Notes: generated by a model from the sequence alone, not told the origin. Shown: positions 34,012 to 43,146, counted from the stretch's first letter. The stretch: DNA of 64,000 nucleotides from Anaerolineae bacterium (GCA_025060135.1 JANXCY010000004.1:34341-98340), one strand, 5' to 3'. Translations and numbers: made by a program.

Positions 34012-35244
34012 TTAACTCCGACCAAGTATCTGCTGGATGATCGCCTCCAGGACCTCCGCTACCCGCTGACGCGGGGCGGCGGGAGCACTCCCCTGCGCGA
34101 AACGGGCCTGCCCACCCCCTTTGCCCCCCAGCGGTTCGGCGACGGCCCGCAGAAGGGCCGTCGCATCGGCCGGGCCCCCCTCCGCGCAGGCTACACAGAG
34201 GTGGACCCGTTCTCCGCCCACCGATGCCACCAGTGCAACAGTGCCCGGCCGGTCGGCCACTTTCTGGGCCAACGCCCGCAGGTCGGCAGGCTCCCAGTTC
34301 TCCTTCACCCCCCAGGCCACCCGCCACGAGCCGCTGGCAATAGCTGTCTCTGCCAGCCGCTCTGCCTCCACCTCCACCAGCCGCTGTCGCAGCCCGCGCG
34401 CTTCCTGCCGGGCCTCTTTGGCCTCCTCTTGCAGACGGCTCACCGCCTCCGGCAACTCCCGATACCCTACCGTCAGCCTCGCGGCCAGATCCGCTACCAC
34501 GCCGTTTTTCATTCGGTAATCCCGCAATGCGCGCCCGCCGCAGAGAAATTCTACCCGCGTCTCCTGGCCCCGGTAGTCCAGGCGCAACACCTTCAGCAGG
34601 CCGATTTCGCCAGTCCGGGCGACATGCGTCCCCCCGCACGGGCTCAGGTCAAAAGGGCGCCCCCCTTCTTCCCCCGCCACCTCCACCAGGCGGATAGGCC
34701 CCTCTACCACCGGAGGACGGCGCAGTGGGAGGGCCGCCACTGCCTCCGGATGCACCCAATAGGCCCGCACCAGGCGGTCCTCCCAGATGATCCGATTCAC
34801 CCGTTCTTCCACTTCCTCCAGCGCCTCCCGCGAGAGACGCGGGATGTTCAGGTCAATCGTACTGACCTCTGCACCCAAATGAAAAGCAACGGTATCGGCG
34901 TCCAACCACTGTTCGCAGGCCGCGGAGAGCAGATGCTGTCCGGTGTGCTGTTGCATGTGGTCAAAACGACGAGACCAGTCTACCTCGCCTACCACCTCAT
35001 CGCGAAGGAGGGGCGCCTCCAGGAGGTGCACAATGGCCCCATCCGGCTCCCGGATTTCCACCCCGATGACCGGAATGCCCTCCAGCCGGCCCCGGTCGGA
35101 GGGCTGGCCACCGGAGGTCGGATAGAACGCCGTCCGGTCCAGCACCACCGCCGGATGGCCCGCCCAGATCAACCGCTCTACCACCCGGGCGGTGAACCGG
35201 GTCTGGTACGAATCGGTATAGTATAGCCGCTCCGTCATCAGCAT
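34012..35244 (-). CDS. alaX: Alanyl-tRNA editing protein (AlaX-L type, with a DHHA1-like C-terminus).
   Basis: From MLMTERLYYTDSYQTRFTARV it reads ...TAFYPTSGGQPSD...HTGQHLLSA...CGGTHV. The upstream 164 codons of the track ORF cross repeat B1 and are rejected. Confidence 0.85.
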   Translation of the reverse strand: MLMTERLYYTDSYQTRFTARVVERLIWAGHPAVVLDRTAFYPTSGGQPSDRGRLEGIPVIGVEIREPDGAIVHLLEAPLLRDEVVGEVDWSRRFDHMQQHTGQHLLSAACEQWLDADTVAFHLGAEVSTIDLNIPRLSREALEEVEERVNRIIWEDRLVRAYWVHPEAVAALPLRRPPVVEGPIRLVEVAGEEGGRPFDLSPCGGTHVARTGEIGLLKVLRLDYRGQETRVEFLCGGRALRDYRMKNGVVADLAARLTVGYRELPEAVSRLQEEAKEARQEARGLRQRLVEVEAERLAETAIASGSWRVAWGVKENWEPADLRALAQKVADRPGTVALVASVGGERVHLCVACAEGGPADATALLRAVAEPLGGKGGGQARFAQGSAPAAPRQRVAEVLEAIIQQILGRS

Positions 35245-35340
35245 AGGCCCTGAGAAGATAGCCCCTCCACAAACGGGTTTACCCGGTTGTCGCGCGCCAG
35301 AGTCATCGCCACAAATTCGGGTGAACTGGATAACTTCTCG

Positions 35341-35460
35341 AAATGCCGAAAGCCGCGTAGCGCAGGCTGTGAGCCTGTAATTGAGCCTGTATGCGGCAGG
35401 CCTGGCAGCCTGCGCCACAGCGCCACCAGTGAAAGGACCTGAATGTTCAGATAGGCTCTC
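35341..35460. repeat. Mosaic intergenic repeat, family B, copy 1.
   Basis: It shares modules with the copies at 46808, 47821 and 61822: GTAGCGCAGGC-N5-GCCTG, GGCAGCCTG, and a ...CCTGAAT... tail. Confidence 0.7.
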
Positions 35461-38089
35461 ACCGAGGGGCCGACACGCTGGGATGAATAGGTAGAGTGAA
35501 GATAAACCGGGCCCCCTGGCCGGGCTGGCTTTCCACCCAGATACGGCCTCCGTGCGCCTCCACCGCCAGTTTGCAGAACGCGAGCCCGATGCCTGTGCCG
35601 CGCACCGGCTGATGAGGAAGGCGAACAAAACGGTCAAAGATACGTTGCTGCTCTTCCGGAGGAATGCCCGGACCGGTATCGGATACGGTAAAGCGAAGGG
35701 TATCCGCCGAGGGAGCATCCACCTCCACCCGTACATGTCCTCCGGGCGGGGTAAACTTGATTGCGTTATCCAGCAGGTTAATCACCGTTCGCAGGAGGAG
35801 ATTCCGGTCGCCGGTCAACACTGGGAGCCCTTCAGGGAGGTCGGAATCCAAGTGAATCTCCCGGGCCACGGCCACCGGGCCCATCTGTTCCACCGCCTCC
35901 TGCACCATCTGCCGGACATCTATAGCCTGGGGGGTCAGTTCCGCCTTCCCGGATTCCAGACGAGCGATGTCCAGAATAGAGTCAATCAACGCAAAGAGCC
36001 GCTCCCCGCTGCGCTCCGCGACCGAGAATAATTGCTCCAGCGAAATCCCCATCGTGGGGTCCTGAACCGTCGCTCGGATGAGTTCCAGACTGCTCATGAT
36101 CGAGGAAAGCGGATTGCGGAGGTCGTGGATAATCATATGGGTCAGGTCCTCCCGCACTTTCTCCAATTGCCGCCTTTCGGTGATGTCGTGAAGGACCCAC
36201 TGGATGTATGGGGTACGAGCATGGAAAATCCGGGTGGCTCGCACTTCAAAGGGAAGCCGTTGCCCCTCCCGGGTGGTCATCTCCAGATAGCCGAAAATAT
36301 CTTCCCCCTGCAGTCCTCGCTCCAGCCACTCCCGAGCCTCTTGGGGAGCGGAAGTCAGAGGGAACATATCCCGATGGAGGAGTTCCTCCCGGGTGTACCC
36401 CAACATCTGGCAGAATTTCCGGTTGACATCGGTGATCCGGCCCTGAGCGTCGGTGATCAAGATGGGGTCGGCGCTGTTTTCAAAGAGGCTGGAGTACCGT
36501 TCTTCCGCATCCCGGGCGCGGTTAAAGTGGCGAGCGTTCTGGATGGCGCTGGCGGCCAATGCCGCCACATTCAGCAACAGTTTCATTCCCCCTTCGTCCA
36601 GCGTCCCTTCCAGCGGGTTGATCGCTTCCACCACTCCCAGAACCTCTCTTCCCAGCCGGATAGGGACGGCGATGACCGTGCGGGTCCGAAAACCCGTCTC
36701 CTGATCCACGCCAGAGTACCAGCGGGGGTCCTGCTCCACCGAGGGGACCACCACGGGAAGGCCCGATTGGGCGACCCAGCCCGCGATACCCTGACCGGGC
36801 TTCAGGCGGACCCCAACCACCTGGCTGGCGGCCGCGCCCGTCGCGACCCGAAAGACCAGTTCACCGGTCTGCTCATCCACCAGGGCCACCGACGCGGCCT
36901 CCACCCGAAAATGCTCCCGAACACTTTCCAGTAGGGAGCGGAGGACGTCGTCCATTTCCAACGAAGCCGCCAGCGCCTGCCCGGTGCGGTGGAGAAACGC
37001 GACCTCCTCCAATTGTCGCTGGGTCTGCTGGAGCAATTGGGCGTTGGCGATCGCGATGGCAGCGTGGTCGGCAAAGGCCGCCACGATCCCGGCATCCTCC
37101 CGGGTATACATGTTCGGCTGCAGGCTGTGCACCGCGAGTACCCCAATAACTGTTCCTCGGGCCACCAGGGGCGCTCCGATCCAACTGCGGATCGGAGGGG
37201 CGCCCGGGATGTTCGGCCAACCCTCCTCACTCTGGATGTCGGCACAGACCAGGGGCTCCCGGGCGGCCACCACCCGGGCCATCAGGTGGCGGCCTTCCAC
37301 CGGAAGGGTCAGATTGCGAACCGTCTCCGGATGCTCCAGCCCGTGCCATGCGCGGATGACCAGTCGCGGACCCTCCACCAGAAAGATGGACGCGCTATCG
37401 TGAGGTACCACCTGGCTCAGGGATGCCAGAATCAATGAGAGGACCTCATCCAGGTCCAGCGTGGCCGTGAGCGCGCGGGCGATCTCCCGCAGGGTATCCG
37501 CGAGATGGCGACGTTGTTCCTCCAGAGCAAACAGCCATGCGTTCTCCAGAGCCACCGTCGCCTGATCGGAAATAAACCGGAGAGCCCGCAGGTCATCATC
37601 GTCAAAATAGCCAGGCTGAGGATGCAAGCAGGTCAGGATGCCGATGGCCCGTCGGGAGGAGATCAGGGGAACACAAAGGGCAGCACGAACAGGAACACCA
37701 GATTCGGCTTCCGGCAATCTCCGCCAGCGAGAGTCTGCCTCTACATCATCTATCCGCACAGCCTGGCGGCTTCGGAGCACCCAGCCGCCCAAACCCTCCG
37801 CCAGCACCAGCCGGGCGGCCTCCGTGCTCCCCTGCCGGAATCGCCCCTCTCGCAGCAGAAGCACCGAGACGACCCGCTCCTCTTCGTCCACCAGGATGAG
37901 GCTCCCCAAGTCGGCTTCCACTGCCTGAACGGCCAGCGCCAATGCCCGCCGGGCCAGGCCATCTAAGTCTAAGCCCGAGGTGAGTTCCCGAACCACTTCC
38001 ATCAACCAACCGGTCCCTCGGGCCCAGCGCCGTCTCCACCGTTTCATTAGAGTTTGTCCTTTACTCTCCAGACTCCCTGACGCGTTCAC
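35459..38089 (-). CDS. Multi-GAF/PAS sensor histidine kinase (876 aa, cytoplasmic).
   Basis: It has at least 3 GAF-like blocks, a PAS (…SSLFENSADPILITD…), the H-box IIHDLRNPLSSI, and HATPase N/G boxes. Confidence 0.9.
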   Translation of the reverse strand: MNASGSLESKGQTLMKRWRRRWARGTGWLMEVVRELTSGLDLDGLARRALALAVQAVEADLGSLILVDEEERVVSVLLLREGRFRQGSTEAARLVLAEGLGGWVLRSRQAVRIDDVEADSRWRRLPEAESGVPVRAALCVPLISSRRAIGILTCLHPQPGYFDDDDLRALRFISDQATVALENAWLFALEEQRRHLADTLREIARALTATLDLDEVLSLILASLSQVVPHDSASIFLVEGPRLVIRAWHGLEHPETVRNLTLPVEGRHLMARVVAAREPLVCADIQSEEGWPNIPGAPPIRSWIGAPLVARGTVIGVLAVHSLQPNMYTREDAGIVAAFADHAAIAIANAQLLQQTQRQLEEVAFLHRTGQALAASLEMDDVLRSLLESVREHFRVEAASVALVDEQTGELVFRVATGAAASQVVGVRLKPGQGIAGWVAQSGLPVVVPSVEQDPRWYSGVDQETGFRTRTVIAVPIRLGREVLGVVEAINPLEGTLDEGGMKLLLNVAALAASAIQNARHFNRARDAEERYSSLFENSADPILITDAQGRITDVNRKFCQMLGYTREELLHRDMFPLTSAPQEAREWLERGLQGEDIFGYLEMTTREGQRLPFEVRATRIFHARTPYIQWVLHDITERRQLEKVREDLTHMIIHDLRNPLSSIMSSLELIRATVQDPTMGISLEQLFSVAERSGERLFALIDSILDIARLESGKAELTPQAIDVRQMVQEAVEQMGPVAVAREIHLDSDLPEGLPVLTGDRNLLLRTVINLLDNAIKFTPPGGHVRVEVDAPSADTLRFTVSDTGPGIPPEEQQRIFDRFVRLPHQPVRGTGIGLAFCKLAVEAHGGRIWVESQPGQGARFIFTLPIHPSVSAPR

Positions 38090-38727
38090 CCGTCAAACTC
38101 CACAACCTCCCGCCCCTGCAATTTCTCTAATACCTTCTCCACAATCAGGTCCAGGTGGTGGGAATTGACCACAAAATCCAGTCGGTCCGCAGGAATGGTC
38201 AGCACCGGGCAGAGGTGGAAACCCGCGATCCATTCCTCGTACAATTCGTTCAACTGCTCTAGGTACCCAGGAGAGATGTTTCGTTCAAACGGGCGTCCTC
38301 GCTGAGCAATGCGGGTCATCAACGTGGGGACCGATGCTCGCAAATAGATGATCAGGTCGGGTGGGGGCAACAACGCCCGCATCACCTCATACAGTTCCCA
38401 ATAACTGCGATAATCCCGCCCGCTCATCAGCCCCTGCCGGTAGAGGTTGCGGGCAAAGACCTCCGCATCTTCGTAGACGGTCCGGTCCTGCACAACAGAA
38501 TGGGGCCGCTGGAGCAACTGATGGTGATGGCGCAGCCGCCGGGAGAGGAAAAAGACCTGGGAATGGAAACTCCAGCGGGCCATATCCTGATAGAAATCGG
38601 CCAGGTAGGGATTATCGGAAACCGCCTCATAAAACGGCTCCCACCCCAGGCGCTCCCCCAGCATACAGGTCAGGCTGGATTTGCCGACCCCGATGTTCCC
38701 AGCGATGGCGACAAACCATTTGTTCAT
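38086..38727 (-). CDS. Deoxynucleoside kinase family protein, paralogue 1 (214 aa).
   Basis: P-loop IAGNIGVGKSS, ...NPYLADFY...FHSQVFFLSRR...QDRTVYED.. and the arginine-rich lid RIAQRGRPFE. The ATG at 38727 overlaps the stop of the upstream kinase, and its own stop overlaps the next kinase's ATG. Confidence 0.85.
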   Translation of the reverse strand: MNKWFVAIAGNIGVGKSSLTCMLGERLGWEPFYEAVSDNPYLADFYQDMARWSFHSQVFFLSRRLRHHHQLLQRPHSVVQDRTVYEDAEVFARNLYRQGLMSGRDYRSYWELYEVMRALLPPPDLIIYLRASVPTLMTRIAQRGRPFERNISPGYLEQLNELYEEWIAGFHLCPVLTIPADRLDFVVNSHHLDLIVEKVLEKLQGREVVEFDG

Positions 38728-41700
38728 GGCATCTCCCCGGCTCGGCGGAAGGAAAGGGTGAATGTGCTCCCCTTCCCCACTTCGCTTTCCACCTGGACGG
38801 AGCCGCAGTGGGCCTCCATGATTTCCCACACCAGCGCCAGACCGATGCCCATCCCTCCAAAACGACGGGTGGTGGAGCCGTTGACCTGATAGAATCGCTC
38901 AAAGATATGGCTCAGGTGTTCCTCCGGAATCCCCACCCCCTCGTCCTGGACTGCTATCTTTACCCATTCTCCCTCGGCCCAGGCCCGAATCTGGACAACC
39001 CCGCCTTGGGGGCTGAACTTAATGGCGTTGTCCACCAGTTGCGAGAGAGCCAGCAGAAAGTGCTCCTGGTCGGCCAGAATGAGGGGCAAGTCCACCGGAA
39101 TCCGGGTAACGATTTCTATCCCGGCGTTTCGGGCCCGACGCGCATAATGTTCCACCACCAGCGCGACCCCTTCTGGCACCGCTATGGGAGCAATCCGCAT
39201 CGCCTCCGGACGGACACTGCGCAGCGCGGTCAGATTGCCGATGAGACGGGCCAGCGTCTGAGTTCGTTCATAGACGACCTGAAGGGCCGAGCGCTGCAGC
39301 GGATGGAGGGTACCCAGTTCATCGTTCAGAAGCAGTTCCACATACCCCTGGATCAGCGTGAGCGGCGTACGCAGTTCGTGCCCCACGTTCTGGATCATCT
39401 GGTCCCGCAGCCGGTCCAGATTCTGTAACCGTCGCAGCGCGACCGTCAGTTCCGCGGATTGTTCTTCCAGTTGCTGGTACAACCGGGCATTCTCCATGGC
39501 GATAGCGGCCTGTCCGGCGAACGCCGTCGCCACCCGGGCATGCTCTCGGGTGTAGAAACCGGGCTCATGCTTATCCACCGTCAGCATGCCGATCACGCGG
39601 TCCCCGTAGAGCAGCGGAACCCCCATCCAGGCATGAATGTCAGCCGCTGCGTGGGGCGGTTGGCGGAACCGTTCGTAGAGGGCCTGGGCATCCTCCAGAA
39701 TCAAGGGCTCCCGGGTACGAATCACCTGGGCGTTGGGGTTATCGCCTGCCGCCGGGTCGATCGTTACCCCTAACAGTTCCTCCGTGTTGGGAAACCCCCG
39801 CCCAGCGATGATTTCCAGTTTTCCATCATGGAGTAACTGGACCGACGCACTGTCGTAGGGGACCACCCGTTGCAGTTCGGTCAGGATACGTTCCAGGACC
39901 TCCCGAAGGTCTAGAGAGGTCGTCATCGCCAGGGCGGCACGATAGAGGCTCTCCGCCTCTTCCCGACGCCGCTGTTCCCGCTGATACAGACGGGCGTTCT
40001 CCAGAGCAATAGCCAGTTCTCCGGCGATAGCGGTGAAGAAAACCAGGTCCTCCTCCCGGAACGCGTTCGGCTGCCGACTCTCCACATTCAGGACGCCGAT
40101 AACCTCCGTGCCCACCCGGAGAGGAACGCACACCTCCGAACGGACCTCCGGATGGCCTTCGTAGTAAAAGGGAACGGCCCGCACATCTCCGATCAGCATG
40201 GCCCGTCCGGTCTGGAAGACCATCCCGCTAACACTTCGGTCCAGCGGGATGCGAAACGACTCCGCCGGGAGAGTGTAGCCAATCTGGGAGGGGTGGACCC
40301 GCAGGAACGACCCCGATTCGTCCGGAAGGATGACAGCCAGGAACTCCACTCCCAGCGCGGCGCGCAGCGTCTGGATCGTCCGCTGCAGGACCTGGTCAAA
40401 ATCCAGCGTGGAGGCCGCCGCCAGCATGACCTCCCGCAACACCCATGCCTGCGCCTGGCGGCGCAGCGATTCCTGGTACAGATGAGCGTTTTCTATCGCC
40501 GTCGCCAGTTGGTCCGCAACGGTCTTCAGAACGGTTACATCCTCGGGAGTGAACGCGGCCGGACGGTCGGATTGGATGGTCATTGCGCCGATGACCCGTT
40601 CCCGACTCAATAGGGGCAGAGCCATCTCGGAGCGGGTAGCGGGCAGGAGGGGGTTATCAAACCGGACCGCCTCTTTCCCCACATCCAGCGCGATGCGGGG
40701 CTTGCCGTAGGCCGTGCACCAGCCAATCATAGAGGGGCCACCCACCCTCAGCTTGTGGCCCATCTCCAGCATCTTCCGGCCAGCCTCGCCCGTACCGGCC
40801 CGCAGAACGGCCCAACGCCCGCTTTCGTCCAGCAGAAAGATACCAACATAGTAAAGGTTAAATCGCTCCCGGACCAGTTCGGCAGTCTCGGAGAGAAGAC
40901 GCCGAACGTCCAGAATGGAAGCAGCCGCCCGGGCGACCTCGGCGGCCATCTCCAGTTGCGCGGCACGCTGCCGGCTCTCTTGCAGCAGGCGGACATTTTC
41001 AATGGCAATCGCCGCCTGGGCAGCAATCCCCTCCAGCATCCACCGATCTTCGGGCTGAAAAGCGTAGGGAAGATAAGATTGAGCCGAGAGAACACCAACA
41101 ATCCGGTTATGCACCTCCAGGGGGAGGACAGCCAGAGAACGAGTGGGATCGCCAATCCGGATCGCTGGAACCGGCAGTTCTTCCTGCTGCGTATCGTTGA
41201 TCCAGAGAGGTTGACCGGTACGGATCACCCACCCTGCCAGGCCGGCCTCTTCGGAGAGTTTCAGGTGCAGCGGCGGCTGTCGCTCCCCCCGATCAATCAT
41301 CACCGGAACGTGCAGTTCATCCAGCACTCCGTCGTAGAGGCCAATGTAGAGGGTGGAAACACCCAGAACCCGCTGAATCGTACCCGCAATGACCCATAGG
41401 ACCTCTTCCAGGTTATGGGTGGAGAGAATGCGCTGGTCCACTTCCCGAAAAGCGGCCAGGATGTCCATCCAGCGCTGAGTTTGCCGGGAGAGCGATAGAT
41501 GCGCCAGGACGAGTGCCGCCTGGTCCGCCAGCGCCTGATAGAAACGCATCTCTTCCGGCCCCCAGGAGTGGCGCTGGTTGGAGTAAAATACAAGCGCTCC
41601 CAGGACTTTCTGACGATAGGCCAGAGGGAGCACCACATAGGAGCGAAATCCCTCCCGACGCGCGGCCTCCCAAAGGACCCGGGCCTCCGGGTCGTTCCAG

Positions 41701-42008
41701 GCATCCTGGATAATGATGGGGCCTGGCTCGCGAAGCAGGCGGGAACCGGGCACCTGATGGAAAACCTCCGTCAGGAAAGAGAGGTAGTCCGGAGAGAGCC
41801 CCTGAGCACCGCCCACCGTCAGGCGGTCATGCTCTGCGTCGTAGATATAGATCGCCCCCCGGTCAGCATGACTGTTCTGGATGCCCGCGGCCACAATCTC
41901 GGCCAGGACCTCCTCCAGTTCAGTGCCGACCAGAAGATGACGAACAACGTCCGGATCGCTGATCGGTCGCTGCCGGATGTGCGTGGAGAGCCCAGGTTTT
42001 CGGGGCAA
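38724..42008 (-). CDS. Giant multi-GAF sensor histidine kinase (about 1095 aa).
   Basis: It has about five GAF-like repeats (recurrent ...ALENARLYQ... helix ends), the H-box VGHELRTPLTLIQGY, and HATPase boxes. The start is uncertain. I use the in-frame TTG at 42008, 1 nt after the upstream stop; the track ATG at 42152 would overlap the upstream gene by 143 nt. Confidence 0.85.
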   Translation of the reverse strand: MPRKPGLSTHIRQRPISDPDVVRHLLVGTELEEVLAEIVAAGIQNSHADRGAIYIYDAEHDRLTVGGAQGLSPDYLSFLTEVFHQVPGSRLLREPGPIIIQDAWNDPEARVLWEAARREGFRSYVVLPLAYRQKVLGALVFYSNQRHSWGPEEMRFYQALADQAALVLAHLSLSRQTQRWMDILAAFREVDQRILSTHNLEEVLWVIAGTIQRVLGVSTLYIGLYDGVLDELHVPVMIDRGERQPPLHLKLSEEAGLAGWVIRTGQPLWINDTQQEELPVPAIRIGDPTRSLAVLPLEVHNRIVGVLSAQSYLPYAFQPEDRWMLEGIAAQAAIAIENVRLLQESRQRAAQLEMAAEVARAAASILDVRRLLSETAELVRERFNLYYVGIFLLDESGRWAVLRAGTGEAGRKMLEMGHKLRVGGPSMIGWCTAYGKPRIALDVGKEAVRFDNPLLPATRSEMALPLLSRERVIGAMTIQSDRPAAFTPEDVTVLKTVADQLATAIENAHLYQESLRRQAQAWVLREVMLAAASTLDFDQVLQRTIQTLRAALGVEFLAVILPDESGSFLRVHPSQIGYTLPAESFRIPLDRSVSGMVFQTGRAMLIGDVRAVPFYYEGHPEVRSEVCVPLRVGTEVIGVLNVESRQPNAFREEDLVFFTAIAGELAIALENARLYQREQRRREEAESLYRAALAMTTSLDLREVLERILTELQRVVPYDSASVQLLHDGKLEIIAGRGFPNTEELLGVTIDPAAGDNPNAQVIRTREPLILEDAQALYERFRQPPHAAADIHAWMGVPLLYGDRVIGMLTVDKHEPGFYTREHARVATAFAGQAAIAMENARLYQQLEEQSAELTVALRRLQNLDRLRDQMIQNVGHELRTPLTLIQGYVELLLNDELGTLHPLQRSALQVVYERTQTLARLIGNLTALRSVRPEAMRIAPIAVPEGVALVVEHYARRARNAGIEIVTRIPVDLPLILADQEHFLLALSQLVDNAIKFSPQGGVVQIRAWAEGEWVKIAVQDEGVGIPEEHLSHIFERFYQVNGSTTRRFGGMGIGLALVWEIMEAHCGSVQVESEVGKGSTFTLSFRRAGEMP

Positions 42009-42009
42009 C

Positions 42010-42924
42010 TCATTCCTCCTCCGGCATAAACTCACCGGTCCCGGAGACCTCTTCCATCCGTGCCAGAGAGCAACGGACCCGCGCCAGTGCCTGGCGAAAC
42101 GCTTGGGAATCGCCCGTGGGGTCGGCAGAAAGAGCCGCGCCCAGCACGCCAACCGCTTCGGTCAGGGCCAGGAAGGCAGCCACCAGTGAGCGCTGAGGGG
42201 TCAACGGGGCTTCCCGGGAGTCCACGGGCTCCTCCACCAGCCGCTCCCGAACCTCCGCCGCGCTCAAGGCAGTCCGAATCCGCCCCTCTATATAGGCCAG
42301 GTCCTGCGGGTTGCGAACAAAATCCAGGTGGTCGGTGTTGATGACCAGAAGGGGAGTGGCATGGTAGGTGGCAAAGTGGCGCTCGTAAGCCTGGCGCAGG
42401 CTCTCAATATAAGCCGGGTCCATACCCCGCTCATAGGGCCGATCGCGCGCCGCAATGCGCGCCATCAGCACCTCCAGGCTGGCCTGTAGATATACCACCA
42501 GGTCGGGCAGAACAACCTTCTCCGCCAGGGCCTGATGGAGCCGCTCGTAGGTCGCCAGTTCGTCTCCTGTCAGATTCAGATGGGCAAAGAGGCGATCTTT
42601 GGCAAAGGTGTAATCGGCGATCAACGGACGGTCGTTGCGCCGAATTTCCTGCTGCTGACGGTAGCGGCTAAGCAGAAAGAAAATCTGCGTCTGAAAGGCG
42701 TACCGGCGGCGATCCGCATAAAAGTCAGAAAGAAAAGGGTTTTCCTCAAAGACTTCCAGCAGGAGGTCAGCCTGGAAACGGGGCTGTAACAACCGGGCCA
42801 GGGCTGTCTTGCCGACACCGATCACGCCCTCAATGGCCAGATAGAACGGTCGGGGCACATCGTCCTCCACAGCGGGGCTGGGAACCCTCGCCTTCAGCGC
42901 GGGTCCCCCTTCATCCCATAGCAT
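42010..42924 (-). CDS. Deoxynucleoside kinase family protein, paralogue 2, with an 84-aa C-terminal extension (305 aa).
   Basis: P-loop IEGVIGVGKTA, ...NPFLSDFY...FQTQIFFLLSRY...IADYTFAKD... and RIAARDRPYE. The start is the ATG at 42924. The rest of the 953-aa track ORF is antisense to aor. Confidence 0.8.
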   Translation of the reverse strand: MLWDEGGPALKARVPSPAVEDDVPRPFYLAIEGVIGVGKTALARLLQPRFQADLLLEVFEENPFLSDFYADRRRYAFQTQIFFLLSRYRQQQEIRRNDRPLIADYTFAKDRLFAHLNLTGDELATYERLHQALAEKVVLPDLVVYLQASLEVLMARIAARDRPYERGMDPAYIESLRQAYERHFATYHATPLLVINTDHLDFVRNPQDLAYIEGRIRTALSAAEVRERLVEEPVDSREAPLTPQRSLVAAFLALTEAVGVLGAALSADPTGDSQAFRQALARVRCSLARMEEVSGTGEFMPEEE

Positions 42925-42977
42925 ACTCCGGAAAGGGCGAAAAGTCAAGACGACCCGCGCGAACTCGCGTGGGGGGC

Positions 42978-43006
42978 TTGACAAAACGGGATTCTGCGCG
43001 ATAACT
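42978..43006 (+). promoter_or_regulatory. Candidate promoter of aor.
   Basis: TTGACA - 17 nt - ATAACT. It leaves a leader of about 135 nt before the ATG at 43147. Confidence 0.35.
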
Positions 43007-43146
43007 GATTTACTGGCTCCGGAGCGCCGGGAGTATCTCCATGGCCTGAGGCGGACGGAGAGACCAGTATTCGGATAAGGAGCAGGGTTTTGTGACCACC
43101 TGGGCAAAGCCCTGCCGCCCTGGAACAGCGACGCCCAGGAGGGATC

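Noticed and set aside
33811-35226. A 471-aa + strand ORF.
   Set aside because: It is antisense to alaX and the MBL gene, and is Pro/Arg/Gly/His-rich.
35245-35736. A 164-codon N-terminal extension of the alaX ORF.
   Set aside because: It crosses the family B repeat and overlaps the 3' end of the upstream kinase gene. The conserved AlaX N-terminus (MTERLYYTDSY) starts at 35244/35238.
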